DNA of 64,000 nt from a virus. Made by a program: the position numbers and the translations under genes. The notes under the pieces were generated by a model. That model ran no database searches and was not told the origin of the DNA. It saw only the letters and a program-made list of their open reading frames with translations. Shown piece by piece: positions 1-10,279 of the stretch. The stretch is taken from the IMG/VR virus record IMGVR_UViG_3300031555_001876, one strand, 5' to 3'. Position 1 is the stretch's first letter, and the number at the start of each line of letters is the position of its first letter.

Positions 1-2
1 AG

Positions 3-776
3 CAAAAGGATAATACACAACATTCTATTGATGATTTAAAATTATAGGCTGAAACGGCAAGCAAGATTATTTATGATTAGGCTATGGAAACAATGTAGTT
101 ACAATTAGAATAGTCTGCTGAACGCGAAAGAGAAAAATTTGAAAAAGCGAAAGAAGAATATTTAAATGAATATCAATCAATGCTTGCTCTTGGAGTAGAA
201 GAGTACAATACCGCTATCGCAAATTTATAGTATGAAAAAATTCGACTTGAGGCCTCTATTGCTGATTCACGAAGTGTTGCAGATGCCGCAATTGCCGCAA
301 ACAAACGAGCCTATGAAATCCAATAGTAGAATGATTTTTACAAACTCAATCTCACTGAAAATGATTTAAATGAGATTAAAAAGTTAAAAGATATTATTCC
401 TTATTTGCGTGACCCAGAGGCTTTAAATAAAGTCATTTGGAAAGTTTATTATGAGAAGCCATATACTGATTTAATTGGTAGAGTAATTGGTACTGGCGTT
501 AAAACCGGTATTTATAAAATTACTAATACTATTAATCAAATGTGTTATGTTGGTTAGGCGGCTAATATATCCGATAGATGGAAACAACATATAAAAAGAG
601 GTATGGGTGCAGAAACTCCTACAAAAAATAAACTTTATCCTGCTATGTTAAAGGATGGAGTTGAAAACTTTACTTTTGAATTAATCGAGGAATGTGACCG
701 TTCCTTATTAAATGATAGAGAAGATTACTGGCAAGAATATTTTAAAGCGAAAGAGTTTGGGTATAGTATAAAATGA
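3..776 (+). CDS. GIY-YIG homing endonuclease-like protein, 5' partial (N-terminal coiled coil, C-terminal GIY-YIG); 8 in-frame TAG codons read as sense
   Basis: Frame 3 stays open from the window edge to TGA 774-776 only if TAG is sense. Motifs GIYKITN..YVG(TAG)AANISDRWKQH..ENFTFELIE are present. One TAG sits exactly at the conserved Gln of YIGQ. The stop overlaps the next ATG (ATGA). Confidence 0.55.
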
Positions 777-1054
777 TTAGAATTATTGAGAATAGAGATA
801 CAGGTAAGACTCGTAGATTAATGGAAGAGTGTGCTAAAGTAAATGGTGTATTTGTTTGTTTTAATCCTTATCGAATGATTGAAAAAGCAAAAGCATATGG
901 ACTTACTGGTTTTGATATTATTTCTTATCGTGAGTATATGAATGATATTAATGATTATACAAATTCTAAATGTTTTATTGATGAACTAGAACTATTTATT
1001 TATGAAGCAAGTAATGGAAATAATTTAAGTGGTTATACAATCAGTTTGGAGTAA
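773..1054 (+). CDS. hypothetical protein (93 aa)
   Basis: ORF with no in-frame TAG. Its start is coupled to the upstream stop by an ATGA overlap. Confidence 0.4.
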   Translation: MIRIIENRDTGKTRRLMEECAKVNGVFVCFNPYRMIEKAKAYGLTGFDIISYREYMNDINDYTNSKCFIDELELFIYEASNGNNLSGYTISLE

Positions 1055-1060
1055 TAAAAA

Positions 1061-1882
1061 ATGAAATTTGAACATATTGAAGTATTTAATTTTGAAAATG
1101 CTTTAAGAGGTATGCGTAATCCTCTAAATTCTTGGGATCGTATTGATTCTTTATTTGGCGTCGGCGCGCACGAAGAATATGCTGATGCTGTTGGAACTTG
1201 TATTTCTAAATGGTATCCCGAAGAAGAAAATCTTGATTAGGCTATTATTGACCATTTTTGGGATAATGGTATTCTTCGTTTTACTAACCCTAATGACCAT
1301 ATTGAATGGGCTTTAATCGGTCCAAAAGATATGAAGACTGCTACCGGATTGATTCATCTCGGCCCCGAGCACCGCAAGTTTATGCGTCAGATTATGGTAA
1401 CTGTTGACATCACTGCCCCACTCTACTGGTGGAAGGAATTTGACACCTACAAAATCGGCACTACTGCTAATAGCACATCTACAATGCATAAAATGTTAGC
1501 AAAGCCTATTACTTTGGATTGTTTTGAGATTGGTGATTTTACCAATTTACCTTATCCTGTTGAAATGCAGAGAGAAGAAATTAAGAGTCCTTGTGATACC
1601 GATTTTGTTCAGATGTGCTTGATTCCTTATTTGGAATATTTGCGCCAGACCGCAATTAATTGCAAAGATGCTGGCGATGAAGAAACTCAAAAGATTTATT
1701 GGAAGGAACTGATTCGTTGGCTTCCTGAATCTTGGCTGCAAACAAGAACAGTTACTATGAATTATGAAAATTTAAGAACTATGTATCATCAACGTAAAAA
1801 TCATAAATTAGTTGAATGGAATACAGATTTTATTAATTTTATTAAATCTTTGCCTTACGCAGATGAATTTATTATTAATTGA
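1061..1882 (+). CDS. ThyX/Thy1-fold protein, divergent (flavin-dependent thymidylate synthase-like); one in-frame TAG at 1238
   Basis: Segment HLGPEHRKFMRQIMVTVDITAPLYWWKEF aligns by eye to ThyX HETPFEH..HVKAPIFVARQWFRHR. The catalytic RHR..S..SxRY motif is not obvious. The N-terminal 90 aa upstream of the track ORF 1331..1882 is in frame through the TAG. Confidence 0.4.
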
Positions 1883-1907
1883 TTTTTATAAAAAAATATG
1901 ATATAAT
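1879..1907 (+). promoter_or_regulatory. sigma70-like promoter TTGATT-N17-TGATATAAT
   Basis: -35 at 1879-84; extended -10 at 1899-1907. The same architecture recurs five times on the plus strand. Confidence 0.5.
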
Positions 1908-1947
1908 ATATTTACAAAGATATGAAAGTGAGTTAATAAAAATTATT

Positions 1948-2298
1948 ATGAGTAAGAAGCAAGAATTTATTAAATTTGTCGAAATGGCAATTAATGCTTA
2001 TCCTCAAGAAATGAATGAAGAAGCACGAATTTATTGGGAAGCATTTAAGGGTAAAGAAGATATCGAAAAACCTATGTTTACCGATAATGGTAAATTAATT
2101 TTACGTTATCTGCAGGACAATCTTACCACTGAATTGTGGAAGGCAAGAGATATCGCTGAAGGATTGTTTGTCTCCTCTCGAACTGTTGGTGGCGCGATGC
2201 GCAAGTTGTGCTCTGATGGTTATGTTGAAAAAGTGGGGCAAGACCCAGTTGTTTACACTTTGACTAAAAAAGGTAAAGAAATTGTAATTGAAGATTAA
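1948..2298 (+). CDS. small winged-helix DNA-binding protein
   Basis: Sequence TVGGAMRKLCSDGYVEKVG resembles a wHTH recognition helix plus wing. ATG 1948 follows promoter 1879-1907. Confidence 0.4.
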   Translation: MSKKQEFIKFVEMAINAYPQEMNEEARIYWEAFKGKEDIEKPMFTDNGKLILRYLQDNLTTELWKARDIAEGLFVSSRTVGGAMRKLCSDGYVEKVGQDPVVYTLTKKGKEIVIED

Positions 2299-2318
2299 TT
2301 AGGAGAATAAGATTTAAA

Positions 2319-3254
2319 ATGAAAAAGAAGTTAATTAACGAATGTCATATCGAAGGCTATTTATATGAACACGCATTGGAAAATAAAGTAACTGGTGATA
2401 CCTCTAAAAATCCCGGCACTCCCTTTATTTCTGGCACCGTTAGTATTGCTACTGACAATGAAATGACTAATATTGTTTAGGTTCATTATACCTATGTAAC
2501 TGCTGTTACTTCTACTGGTAAGAATAATCCTTCTTTTACTACACTTCAGAATATTATTGATGGTACTTTGAAGTCTGCAATGAAGGATGGTAAGGAAAAT
2601 GCTTCTAAAATTCGCATTGATAGTGCTATTGGACTGAATGAATTCTTCACCAAGCGCAATGGTCCCGAAGAACTGGTTTCCGTTAAGCGCAATGAGGGCG
2701 GCTTTATCCACGTTGCTGATGCTCTGGTTGAAGATGAAAAGCAGAGAAATACTTTTAAGTGTGATATGTTGATTACTAACACTAGACGTGTAGAGGCTAA
2801 TGAAGAGCGTAACGAACCTGAAAAGATGATTGTTAAGGGTGCTATTTTTGATTTCCGCAAGTCCTTAATGCCTGTTGAGTTTACTGTTTTGAATCCTCTG
2901 GCTATGGATTATTTCGAAGGCTTGGAAGCATCCAATAGTAATCCTACCTTTACTTGCGTTTGGGGCCGTCAGATTTCTCAGACCATTTCTCGCACTATTA
3001 CTGAAGAGTCTGCTTTTGGTGAACCTTCTGTAAGAACTGTTACTAGTCAGCGCAAGGATTTCGTTATTACTGGTGCTAATAAGGAAACTTATGTGTGGGA
3101 TGATGAAGAGTTTATGACTGCAACTGAACTGCAGACTTTGATTGCGGCTCGTGAAACTTATCTGGCATCTATTAAGCAGCGTCAGGATGAATATGAAGTA
3201 TCTAAAGCCGCTGCCGCAACCGCTGCTCCTAACAAGGGTGGATTTAATTTCTAA
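2319..3254 (+). CDS. hypothetical protein, possible ssDNA-binding partner of the downstream RecA-like ATPase; one in-frame TAG at 2478
   Basis: RBS AGGAG 2301-2305 precedes ATG 2319. The track ORF 2568..3254 extends upstream in frame through the TAG. The C-terminus ends in an aromatic tail (..KGGFNF). The function is a positional guess. Confidence 0.3.
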
Positions 3255-3282
3255 TCCACCTAATAGAAAGGAGTAAAGAATT

Positions 3283-4248
3283 ATGGCTATTGATTTATTG
3301 GCTATTCAGCCTCATAAGGTTTCTCGTGATTTAAGCGGCTATATTACTTTTGTATATGGCGCTTATAAGACTGGTAAGACCACTCTAGCAACTCAAATGG
3401 GTAAATCTCTGTTGCTTGCTTTTGAGCAGGGCTATAATACATTACCCGGAGTTTATGCACAACCAATTGCAAGTTGGGCTGAAATGAAGCAAGTTTATCG
3501 TGAATTAAAAAAGCCCGAAGTAAAAGCAGCATATAATGTTGTTGTTGTTGATGGTGTTGATATTGCTGCTGACCAGTGTACAAAATATATTTGTAACCAA
3601 AATAGCATTGAATCTCTTGGTGATTTAGCATATGGTAAAGGTTGGGCTAAATTTAAGACTGAATTTAATGAAGTATTCCGTGGATTAACTCAAATGGGTT
3701 ATGCTGTATTCTTCATTGGTCACGATAAGGAAGGTAAAGATGATAATGGTAATATTACCAATATTCGTCCTTTGCTTTCCAATAGTACAAGAGAAGTTAT
3801 TGCAGGTATGGCTGATATCTATGCTTATGCAAAACAATATAATAAGGCTGAAAATTCTGTTTTAGTTTTGCGCGACCCCACAGGTTTTATTGATTGCGGT
3901 TGCCGTTTTAAGTATGTACCTGAAATTATTCCTTGTAATTATGAAGCCTTAACTGAAGCAATTCTTAATGCTATTGATAAGGAAGCCGCAGAGCACGGTA
4001 ATAAATTTGTTACATCTGAACGTATGGCTGTAATTGAAGAAAAAACTTATGATTATGATTCTTTAATGAGTGAATTCCAGACATTGGTTGAGCGGTTAAT
4101 GACTGCTAATCAATCTAATGCTATTAAGATTACTTCAGTTGTCGAGAAGTATCTTGGTAAGGGTAAAAAGGTTGGCGATACAACCCCCGAACAAGCAGAA
4201 TTTATTCATTTAATTAATACTGAAATCAAAGAAGATTTGTTAAGTTAA
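3283..4248 (+). CDS. RecA-like P-loop ATPase (Sak4-like recombination/annealing ATPase)
   Basis: Walker A GAYKTGKTT and Walker B VVVVDGVD are present. Size and context are typical of phage Sak4-family proteins. Confidence 0.5.
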   Translation: MAIDLLAIQPHKVSRDLSGYITFVYGAYKTGKTTLATQMGKSLLLAFEQGYNTLPGVYAQPIASWAEMKQVYRELKKPEVKAAYNVVVVDGVDIAADQCTKYICNQNSIESLGDLAYGKGWAKFKTEFNEVFRGLTQMGYAVFFIGHDKEGKDDNGNITNIRPLLSNSTREVIAGMADIYAYAKQYNKAENSVLVLRDPTGFIDCGCRFKYVPEIIPCNYEALTEAILNAIDKEAAEHGNKFVTSERMAVIEEKTYDYDSLMSEFQTLVERLMTANQSNAIKITSVVEKYLGKGKKVGDTTPEQAEFIHLINTEIKEDLLS

Positions 4249-4253
4249 ATTTT

Positions 4254-4294
4254 ATCAACCCAAGACCTAAAGTGCCTTGGGTTGATTTTTTTTT
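4254..4294 (+). terminator. rho-independent terminator
   Basis: Stem ATCAACCCAAG / CTTGGGTTGAT followed by T8. Confidence 0.6.
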
Positions 4295-4310
4295 AAAATT
4301 ATGATATAAT
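4282..4310 (+). promoter_or_regulatory. sigma70-like promoter TTGATT-N17-TGATATAAT
   Basis: -35 at 4282-87; -10 at 4302-10. It lies immediately after terminator 4254-4294. Confidence 0.5.
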
Positions 4311-4503
4311 ATTTATATAAAGTACATTTTGAAAGGAGTGTTCCGACATCCCACATCCAGTAAAATGTTTTTATTGTGGTATTCAATTTGATAGAGATAA
4401 ATATCCTTTTGTTTAGATAAATGCTCGTCGGTATGCTCACGCAGAATGCGCCGATGGTGAAGAGGCTAAAAAGGCTATTCAAGAGCAAAAAGATAAAGAA
4501 GCA

Positions 4504-4866
4504 ATGGAAGAATATATTAAAAAATTATTAAATATATCTGCTTTAACTCCAAAAATAAATAAGCAAATATTAACATATAAAAATGATTATAATTATTCTT
4601 ATTCTGGCATTCATAAATCTTTGACTTATTTCTATGAAATAAAAGGGAATGATGTTTCTAAAGCAAATGGTGGCATTGGTATAGTTCCATATGTATATAA
4701 ACAAGCACTCGATTATTATTATGCACTATGGGAAGCCAAGCAAAAGAATGAAACAAAAATTGAAGTAATCAATTCTTATATTCCACAAATTAAAGAGGTT
4801 GTTATAAAAAGACCTCAATTAAAACCAAAACGAAAAGAATTATTTACTTTTCTTGACGAAGAATAG
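4504..4866 (+). CDS. hypothetical protein; a possible N-terminal Zn-ribbon extension (4333-4503) lacks a canonical start codon
   Basis: ATG 4504 is the first canonical start. The same frame is open from 4333 and encodes CFYCG..16 aa..HAEC. The terminal TAG 4864-66 may be sense, in which case the gene extends to TAA 4885-87. Confidence 0.35.
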   Translation: MEEYIKKLLNISALTPKINKQILTYKNDYNYSYSGIHKSLTYFYEIKGNDVSKANGGIGIVPYVYKQALDYYYALWEAKQKNETKIEVINSYIPQIKEVVIKRPQLKPKRKELFTFLDEE

Positions 4867-4876
4867 GAAGTGAATA

Positions 4877-7800
4877 ATGAGTAGTAAATATGTTGACCCC
4901 ACTGCTATTATGCAAGTTATTGGGTGCGTTTATAATAATCCACGATTGTTAGATTATACAGATAAATATACAATAACAGATGATGATTTTCCTGATACAT
5001 TTCATAAAACAGTGTTTGGATGTATATATAAACTTTATGAATTGGGTTCAAAGAAAATTACTTTGGAAAATATATCCGACTTTTTGGATACTCGTCCTAA
5101 AAGTCAAGCAATATATAAACAACAAAAAGGCGAAGAATGGTTATTAAAAGTAAGTGAAAATGCAAATCAATTAACTTTTGATTATTATTATGGACGAATG
5201 AAAAAAATGTCTTTACTTCGTGCATATGATAATTATGGTGTTGATGTGAGCGATATTTATGACCCTGATAACATTCTTGATACTAAAAAGAAACAATTGC
5301 AAGAAGATAATCTTGATAATTCTACATTAGATGAAATTGCTAATAAAGTCGATATGAAAATTGATTCTATTAGACTTCAATATGTAGATAATGTTTTTGG
5401 TAAAGCCCAACAAGTTGGTAGCGGCATTTTTGATTTAATTGAGCAATATAAGCAGAATCCAGAAGTAGGTATTCCTCTTTATGGTCCATTGATTAATACA
5501 GTTACTCGAGGTGCTAGACTAAAGAAATTTTATTTGCGGTCGGCGGCAACCGGAGTGGGGAAAGCAATCCCTAATAACACTTTAATTCCTACTCCTGCTG
5601 GATGGAGAAAAGTTGGAGATATTAGACCCGGAGATAAATTGTTTGGGCAAGATGGAAAAGAAACTATTGTTCTTCAAATTCATCCTCAGCCGCAGGAGAA
5701 AGAAATTTGGAAAGTAACTTTTGCAGATGGAAGAATTGCGGAATGCTGTGGAGAGCATTTATGGGAATATTGTTATAAATCTCATAGGGGATATAGTTAT
5801 AGAGTTGAAGATATTCAAACTATTTATAATAGAACACTTACATTAAAAAATGGTTTAAAAAACAGTGATGGAAAAGGATATAGATTTCATATTAAACTAA
5901 ATAATCCTGTTGAATATGAAGAAAAGCAATATTATCTTCCTCCTTATGTAATGGGTGCTCTACTTGGTGATGGCAGTTTTAGATATAATAATACCAATAA
6001 ATCTCTTGAATTTTCTTCGGCAGATGAACAAATTCCTTCTTTAATTGCTATTGCTCTTGGAAGCAACTGGCAAAAAGGAAAAGTCCATACCATTTATGCT
6101 AAAAAAAGTTCAGAAAATAATTATAGTTGGACTTTTAGAGATAAAGAAAATCCTACTCATCCTTTTTGGGTAGAAGAAATGCTAAAAGATTATCCTAAAC
6201 TTTGGAATGTTAAATCTGAAGATAAGTTTATTCCTAAAGATTATCTACAAGGTTCCATATTTCAAAGACAGTGTTTATTGCAAGGACTTATGGACACAGA
6301 TGGTTCAGTTGATGAAAAAGGTAGAACTTCTTTTACAACTATTAGTCCTCAATTAAGAGATGATTTTATTGAACTTTGTAGAAGTCTTGGTTTTATCGCT
6401 ACTTATTCGACAGACTTACGAGATAAATATTCAACAGGTGAATGTTATACAATTCATATTCAAGCCCCTAAAGAAATGAAGAAACATTTCTTTAGATTAC
6501 AAAGAAAACATAATATTATTAAAAATTATTTAGCAAATAATAAGCGAGAAGAACATAAAGACCATTTAGCAATTATAGATATTGAAAAAACTACTGAATT
6601 ATCAGATATGACTTGTTTTACAGTAGATAATGATAATCATCTGTTTTTAATGAATGATTTTATTGTTACACACAATACTCGTTCAATGATAGCCGATGCT
6701 TGTTATATTGCTTGCGAAAAAATTTATGATGAAATGTTTGGATGGATTAAAACTGGTATAAGTGAACCTGTTTTATATATTGCTACCGAGCAAGATTTGG
6801 AAGAAATCCAAACAATGATGTTAGCATTTGTTTCCAATGTTAATGAAGAGCATATTGTTAATGGACAATATGAAGATGGTGAATACGATAGAGTTAAAGA
6901 AGCAGCGAAAATATTAACTAATTCTAAACTTTATCTTGAAGAATTACCAGACTTTTCTCTTCAAGATGTTGAAAATATTATTAAAAAGAATATTCGTGAC
7001 AATGATACTAAATATATATTCAACCCGAAAAGGGTGTTGGGATAATGAAACACTTTTCCACTAATCAGTGGGGTCTGCGAACTGGAAAATTTTGGAAATT
7101 CGCAGGCTAACGGGGAACCCTAAACGAGAAATCGCAAGGGAATCCCGTGGGAAATTTGGACGAAAATAGTCAATAACTTTTTGACTTCTTTCATACTAAA
7201 ATGAAAGAAGGCGATAAAATGGGTATTATTTATTGTTTTACTAATAAAATAAATAATAAAAAATATATTGGATAGACTATTAATCCTAAATAGCGATATA
7301 ATGCTCATAAAAGCAATTATCAAAATAGTAATAATTAGGAATATAATTCTTTGCTTCATAGAGCATTTAGAAAATATGGCTTTGAAAATTTTGATTATGA
7401 AATCTTATCCAAAGATATAGATGATATAGATTTATTAAATAAATTAGAAATATTTTATATCACTAAATTTAATACAAAAGCCCCAAATGGTTATAATGTT
7501 GAGAGTGGAGGAAAAAATGCTCCTAAACCTAAAACATTAGAACATAAGAAAAAAGAAATTTGGGGTTAGGCTAAATTAACAGAAGAAGAAGTTATTGAAC
7601 TGCGAAAAGCATATAAAGCCAAGAAAAGTCCAACTGAAATTTATAATAAGAAATATAAAAATAGATTACATTATAATTCTTTTTTAAATATTTGGTCTGG
7701 ACGTAGATATGGATTAATTATGCCAGAAGTTTTTGAAAAAGGACGTCATACTAAATTAACTGCTGATATAGTAAAAAAAATAAGAAAAGATAAAGAAACT

Positions 7801-8572
7801 TTAAATCTTTCTTATCAAAAATTAGCAGATAAATATGGTATTTCTAAATCAACAATTGCTGATATAATTAATTATAGAACTTGGAAAGATGTCTAAAAAC
7901 CTGTATCGACTATTCCCTAGGTCTTATGGGCGGGGAAGTAGGGCTACTATTGATACGTAGTCGCATTTTAGGAAACGAAGTGCGTTAAATGCCGAAAAGG
8001 TGTCCTATGATAAATTATCATAGTAAGAGATAGTCAGCGCCTATGGAAACATAGGAGAACGTAGCCACGACTATATACATACTAGTATAAAAATTCTAGA
8101 AGAAATTACTCGCAAGAGTGGTGGAGTTAAATTGCGTGAAGATAATATTCTATTTATGTTATCTACTCGTTTAAAAGATATCTGTAATCAATATGGCGTA
8201 TTTATTATGTCAGCAACGCAGTTAAATGGTGATTATAAAGATAGTGAAACTCCTGACCAAAACTTATTGCGTGGTGCGAAGTCTATTGCTGATAAAATCG
8301 ATTATGGTGCAATTTTATTATCAGTAGTTGATGATGATTTAGTAAAATTAGAGAGTATTCTTGCTACTGGTCAATTTACTACACCAAATATTAAAATGTC
8401 TATTTATAAAAACCGTCGAGGCAGATATAAAGGAGTTTATTTATGGTGTAAGGCAGATTTAGGAACCTGCCGCATTAAACCTATGTTTTGTACAGATTAT
8501 CGATATGAATTACAAAGTATCGATGATATAAGAGTAAGATTTGAAGAAGAGTCAGCGTTTGAAGATGTATAA
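4877..8572 (+). CDS. DnaB-like replicative helicase, split gene: exon 1 ~4877..7038 (containing intein 5564..6676), group I intron ~7039..8064, exon 2 8065..8572
   Basis: The Walker A SAATGVGK|T is interrupted by the intein. Exon 2 reads ..DYIHTSIKILEEITRKSGG..LSTRLKDICNQYGVFIMSATQLN.. and matches the DnaB H2-H4 region. The unspliced read-through ends with the junk tail NPKRVLG*. The exon junction is uncertain by about 25 nt. Confidence 0.6.
5564..6676 (+). mobile_element. intein (371 aa) with a LAGLIDADG homing endonuclease domain, inserted in the helicase P-loop
   Basis: The insertion lies between GVGK and T of the Walker A motif. Two LAGLIDADG motifs are present (YVMGALLGDGSF, LLQGLMDTDGSV). 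The C-terminus ends ..THN followed by +1 Thr. Residue 1 is Ala, not Cys/Ser, and block F reads MTCFTVDNDNHLF. Confidence 0.6.
7039..8064 (+). mobile_element. group I intron A in the helicase gene, carrying GIY-YIG HEG 7219..7896
   Basis: The 5' part contains GCTAACGGGGAA..AATCCCGTGGGA (pairing CGGGG/CCCGT). The 3' part contains the S-like element AGATAGTCAG, a P9 hairpin CCTATGGAAACATAGG and a terminal G. These elements recur in introns B and C. The 5' splice site is uncertain; candidates are 7020, 7038 and 7043. Confidence 0.55.
7219..7896 (+). CDS. GIY-YIG homing endonuclease (intron A ORF); 4 in-frame TAGs
   Basis: Sequence MGIIYCFTNKINNKKYIG(TAG)TINPK(TAG)RYNAH..YGFENFDYEIL is present. 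A TAG sits at the Gln of the YIGQT motif. The C-terminus is HTH-like. Track ORF 7351..7569 is one fragment of this gene. Confidence 0.6.
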
Positions 8573-8825
8573 AGGAAAAAGAATTTTAATTAATCCAGTT
8601 GATGATTATAAAGGAGATATTTTTGTTATGAATGTTGCTAAACTTGGCACACTTCACGAAAAGGCAGGTTATATTGAATATAAAATGCCTTACGCTCTTG
8701 CCAAAGCATATTTGAATATGCGTAAAGAAAGTGAAAAGAAACTTCATCCTTCAGTTTACTTGGCAAAAGTTGTTAATGAAGAATTTGGTATTAAAGGCGA
8801 ATGTGTTAAGGTTATTCAGTATTAA
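8566..8825 (+). CDS. hypothetical protein
   Basis: ORF overlapping the helicase 3' end; the start was taken at ATG 8566. Confidence 0.3.
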
Positions 8826-9925
8826 TGGTTGTATTTGATAAAGCGGAAATACGAGAAGCCTTATCAATAGAAAATATATATGAGTTAATCAATGAATGGG
8901 GTGGAGATCCTGAATATACATCTTTCGGGATTATCTCTACCACCATTTGTCATAACTATCCAGGAGAGGGAAGTCGTAAATTATATTACTATGAAAATAG
9001 TGATTTATTTAAATGCTATACCGCTTGTGATGAATCCTTTGATATTTTTGAATTAACAATCAAAGTTGCTAATATTCAAAAAGGATTAGAGTATGATTTA
9101 AACGATGCGGTGCGGTTTATCGCTCAAAGATTCGGTTTGGCTGGTCGTTATGAAACTGAAATGGAAGATGAACTAGACGACTGGAAATATTTGGAAAACT
9201 ATGACCGCATTCAAGATATTAGTATCGAAACGCAAGAAGTAATTCTTAAACCTTTTGATATTGATATATTAACTCGATTTAATTATAAAATAAAAATTAC
9301 TCCGTGGCTTAATGAAGATATTACGCAAGAAGTTTTAAATAAGGCTTTTATTGGTTTTTATCCAGGAGGAGACCAAATTACTATTCCGCATTTCGATATA
9401 CATAATAGGTTTATAGGATTGCGCGGCCGCACTCTTTGTGAAGAGGAAGGCAAACTTTATGGAAAATATAGACCTATTAAAGTAAATAATATCATTTACA
9501 ATCATCCTCTTGGAATGAATTTATACAATCTTAATAATTCAAAAGTAAATATTCCTAAATTAGATAAGGCTATTATATTTGAAGGCGAAAAAAGTGTCCT
9601 TAAATATCGTTCTTATTTTGGAATAGAGAATGACATTTCTGTTGCTTGTTGCGGCAGTAGTGTTACAAATTATCAAATTCAATTACTTCGAGATTGTGGT
9701 GCAAAAGAAATTGTTATTGCTTTTGATAGACAGTTTGAAGAACTTGGCGATGATGATTTTAAGAAACTTACAAAAAAATTAACTAATATTCATAGTAAAT
9801 ATAAAAACTATGTAAATATATCATTTATGTTTGATAAAGGGAAAATTACAGGATATAAAGATTCTCCAATTGATTGTGGAAAAGAAGTATTTTTAAAATT
9901 ATTTAAGGAACGAATTAGTTTATGA
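8825..9925 (+). CDS. DnaG-like DNA primase
   Basis: A CHC2-like zinc finger is present (TICHNYPGEGSRKLYYYENSDLFKCYTAC). A TOPRIM-like motif AIIFEGEKSVL is also present. Confidence 0.55.
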   Translation: MVVFDKAEIREALSIENIYELINEWGGDPEYTSFGIISTTICHNYPGEGSRKLYYYENSDLFKCYTACDESFDIFELTIKVANIQKGLEYDLNDAVRFIAQRFGLAGRYETEMEDELDDWKYLENYDRIQDISIETQEVILKPFDIDILTRFNYKIKITPWLNEDITQEVLNKAFIGFYPGGDQITIPHFDIHNRFIGLRGRTLCEEEGKLYGKYRPIKVNNIIYNHPLGMNLYNLNNSKVNIPKLDKAIIFEGEKSVLKYRSYFGIENDISVACCGSSVTNYQIQLLRDCGAKEIVIAFDRQFEELGDDDFKKLTKKLTNIHSKYKNYVNISFMFDKGKITGYKDSPIDCGKEVFLKLFKERISL

Positions 9926-10227
9926 TTGGTATAGTTTGGGGTAAAACAAAAGCAAGAGCAGATAATTAGTTATCATAGATTATAGAAAATTATCATTGGA
10001 AAGGCATTAAACCAACAAAAATTAGAGATTCTAAATATACATCTAATTCAGTAGAATTTGAGAATGGTGATGTTTGGAAAGCGGTTAGTGCCGTTGAATC
10101 TGCTCGTGGAAATAAGTGTAATATATCTTACATAGATAAAGGAATAGATATTGAAACTATTCAAACAATTATTAAACACTCAACTTGTTGTCAGCCTTTT
10201 CAGGCATTTCAATTCTTTTGGGGAGAG
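9922..10227 (+). CDS. hypothetical protein (~101 aa, 2 in-frame TAGs)
   Basis: ATG 9922 overlaps the primase stop (ATGA). The frame is open to TGA only when TAG is read as sense. Confidence 0.3.
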
Positions 10228-10279
10228 TGAATTAATTGTATATAAAAGAATATTCAAATAAAAAGATGTGGTCTAGTCG

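Noticed and set aside
7043-8070. Alternative intron A splice junctions (5' at 7043 with 3' at 8069/8070; or 5' at 7020)
   Set aside because: Several U...G combinations restore the frame. The choice 7038|8065 (..KRVF-HDYIHTS..) keeps a Walker B-like Asp and aligns the 3' end with introns B and C. It is not proven and is reported with a +/-25 nt caveat.
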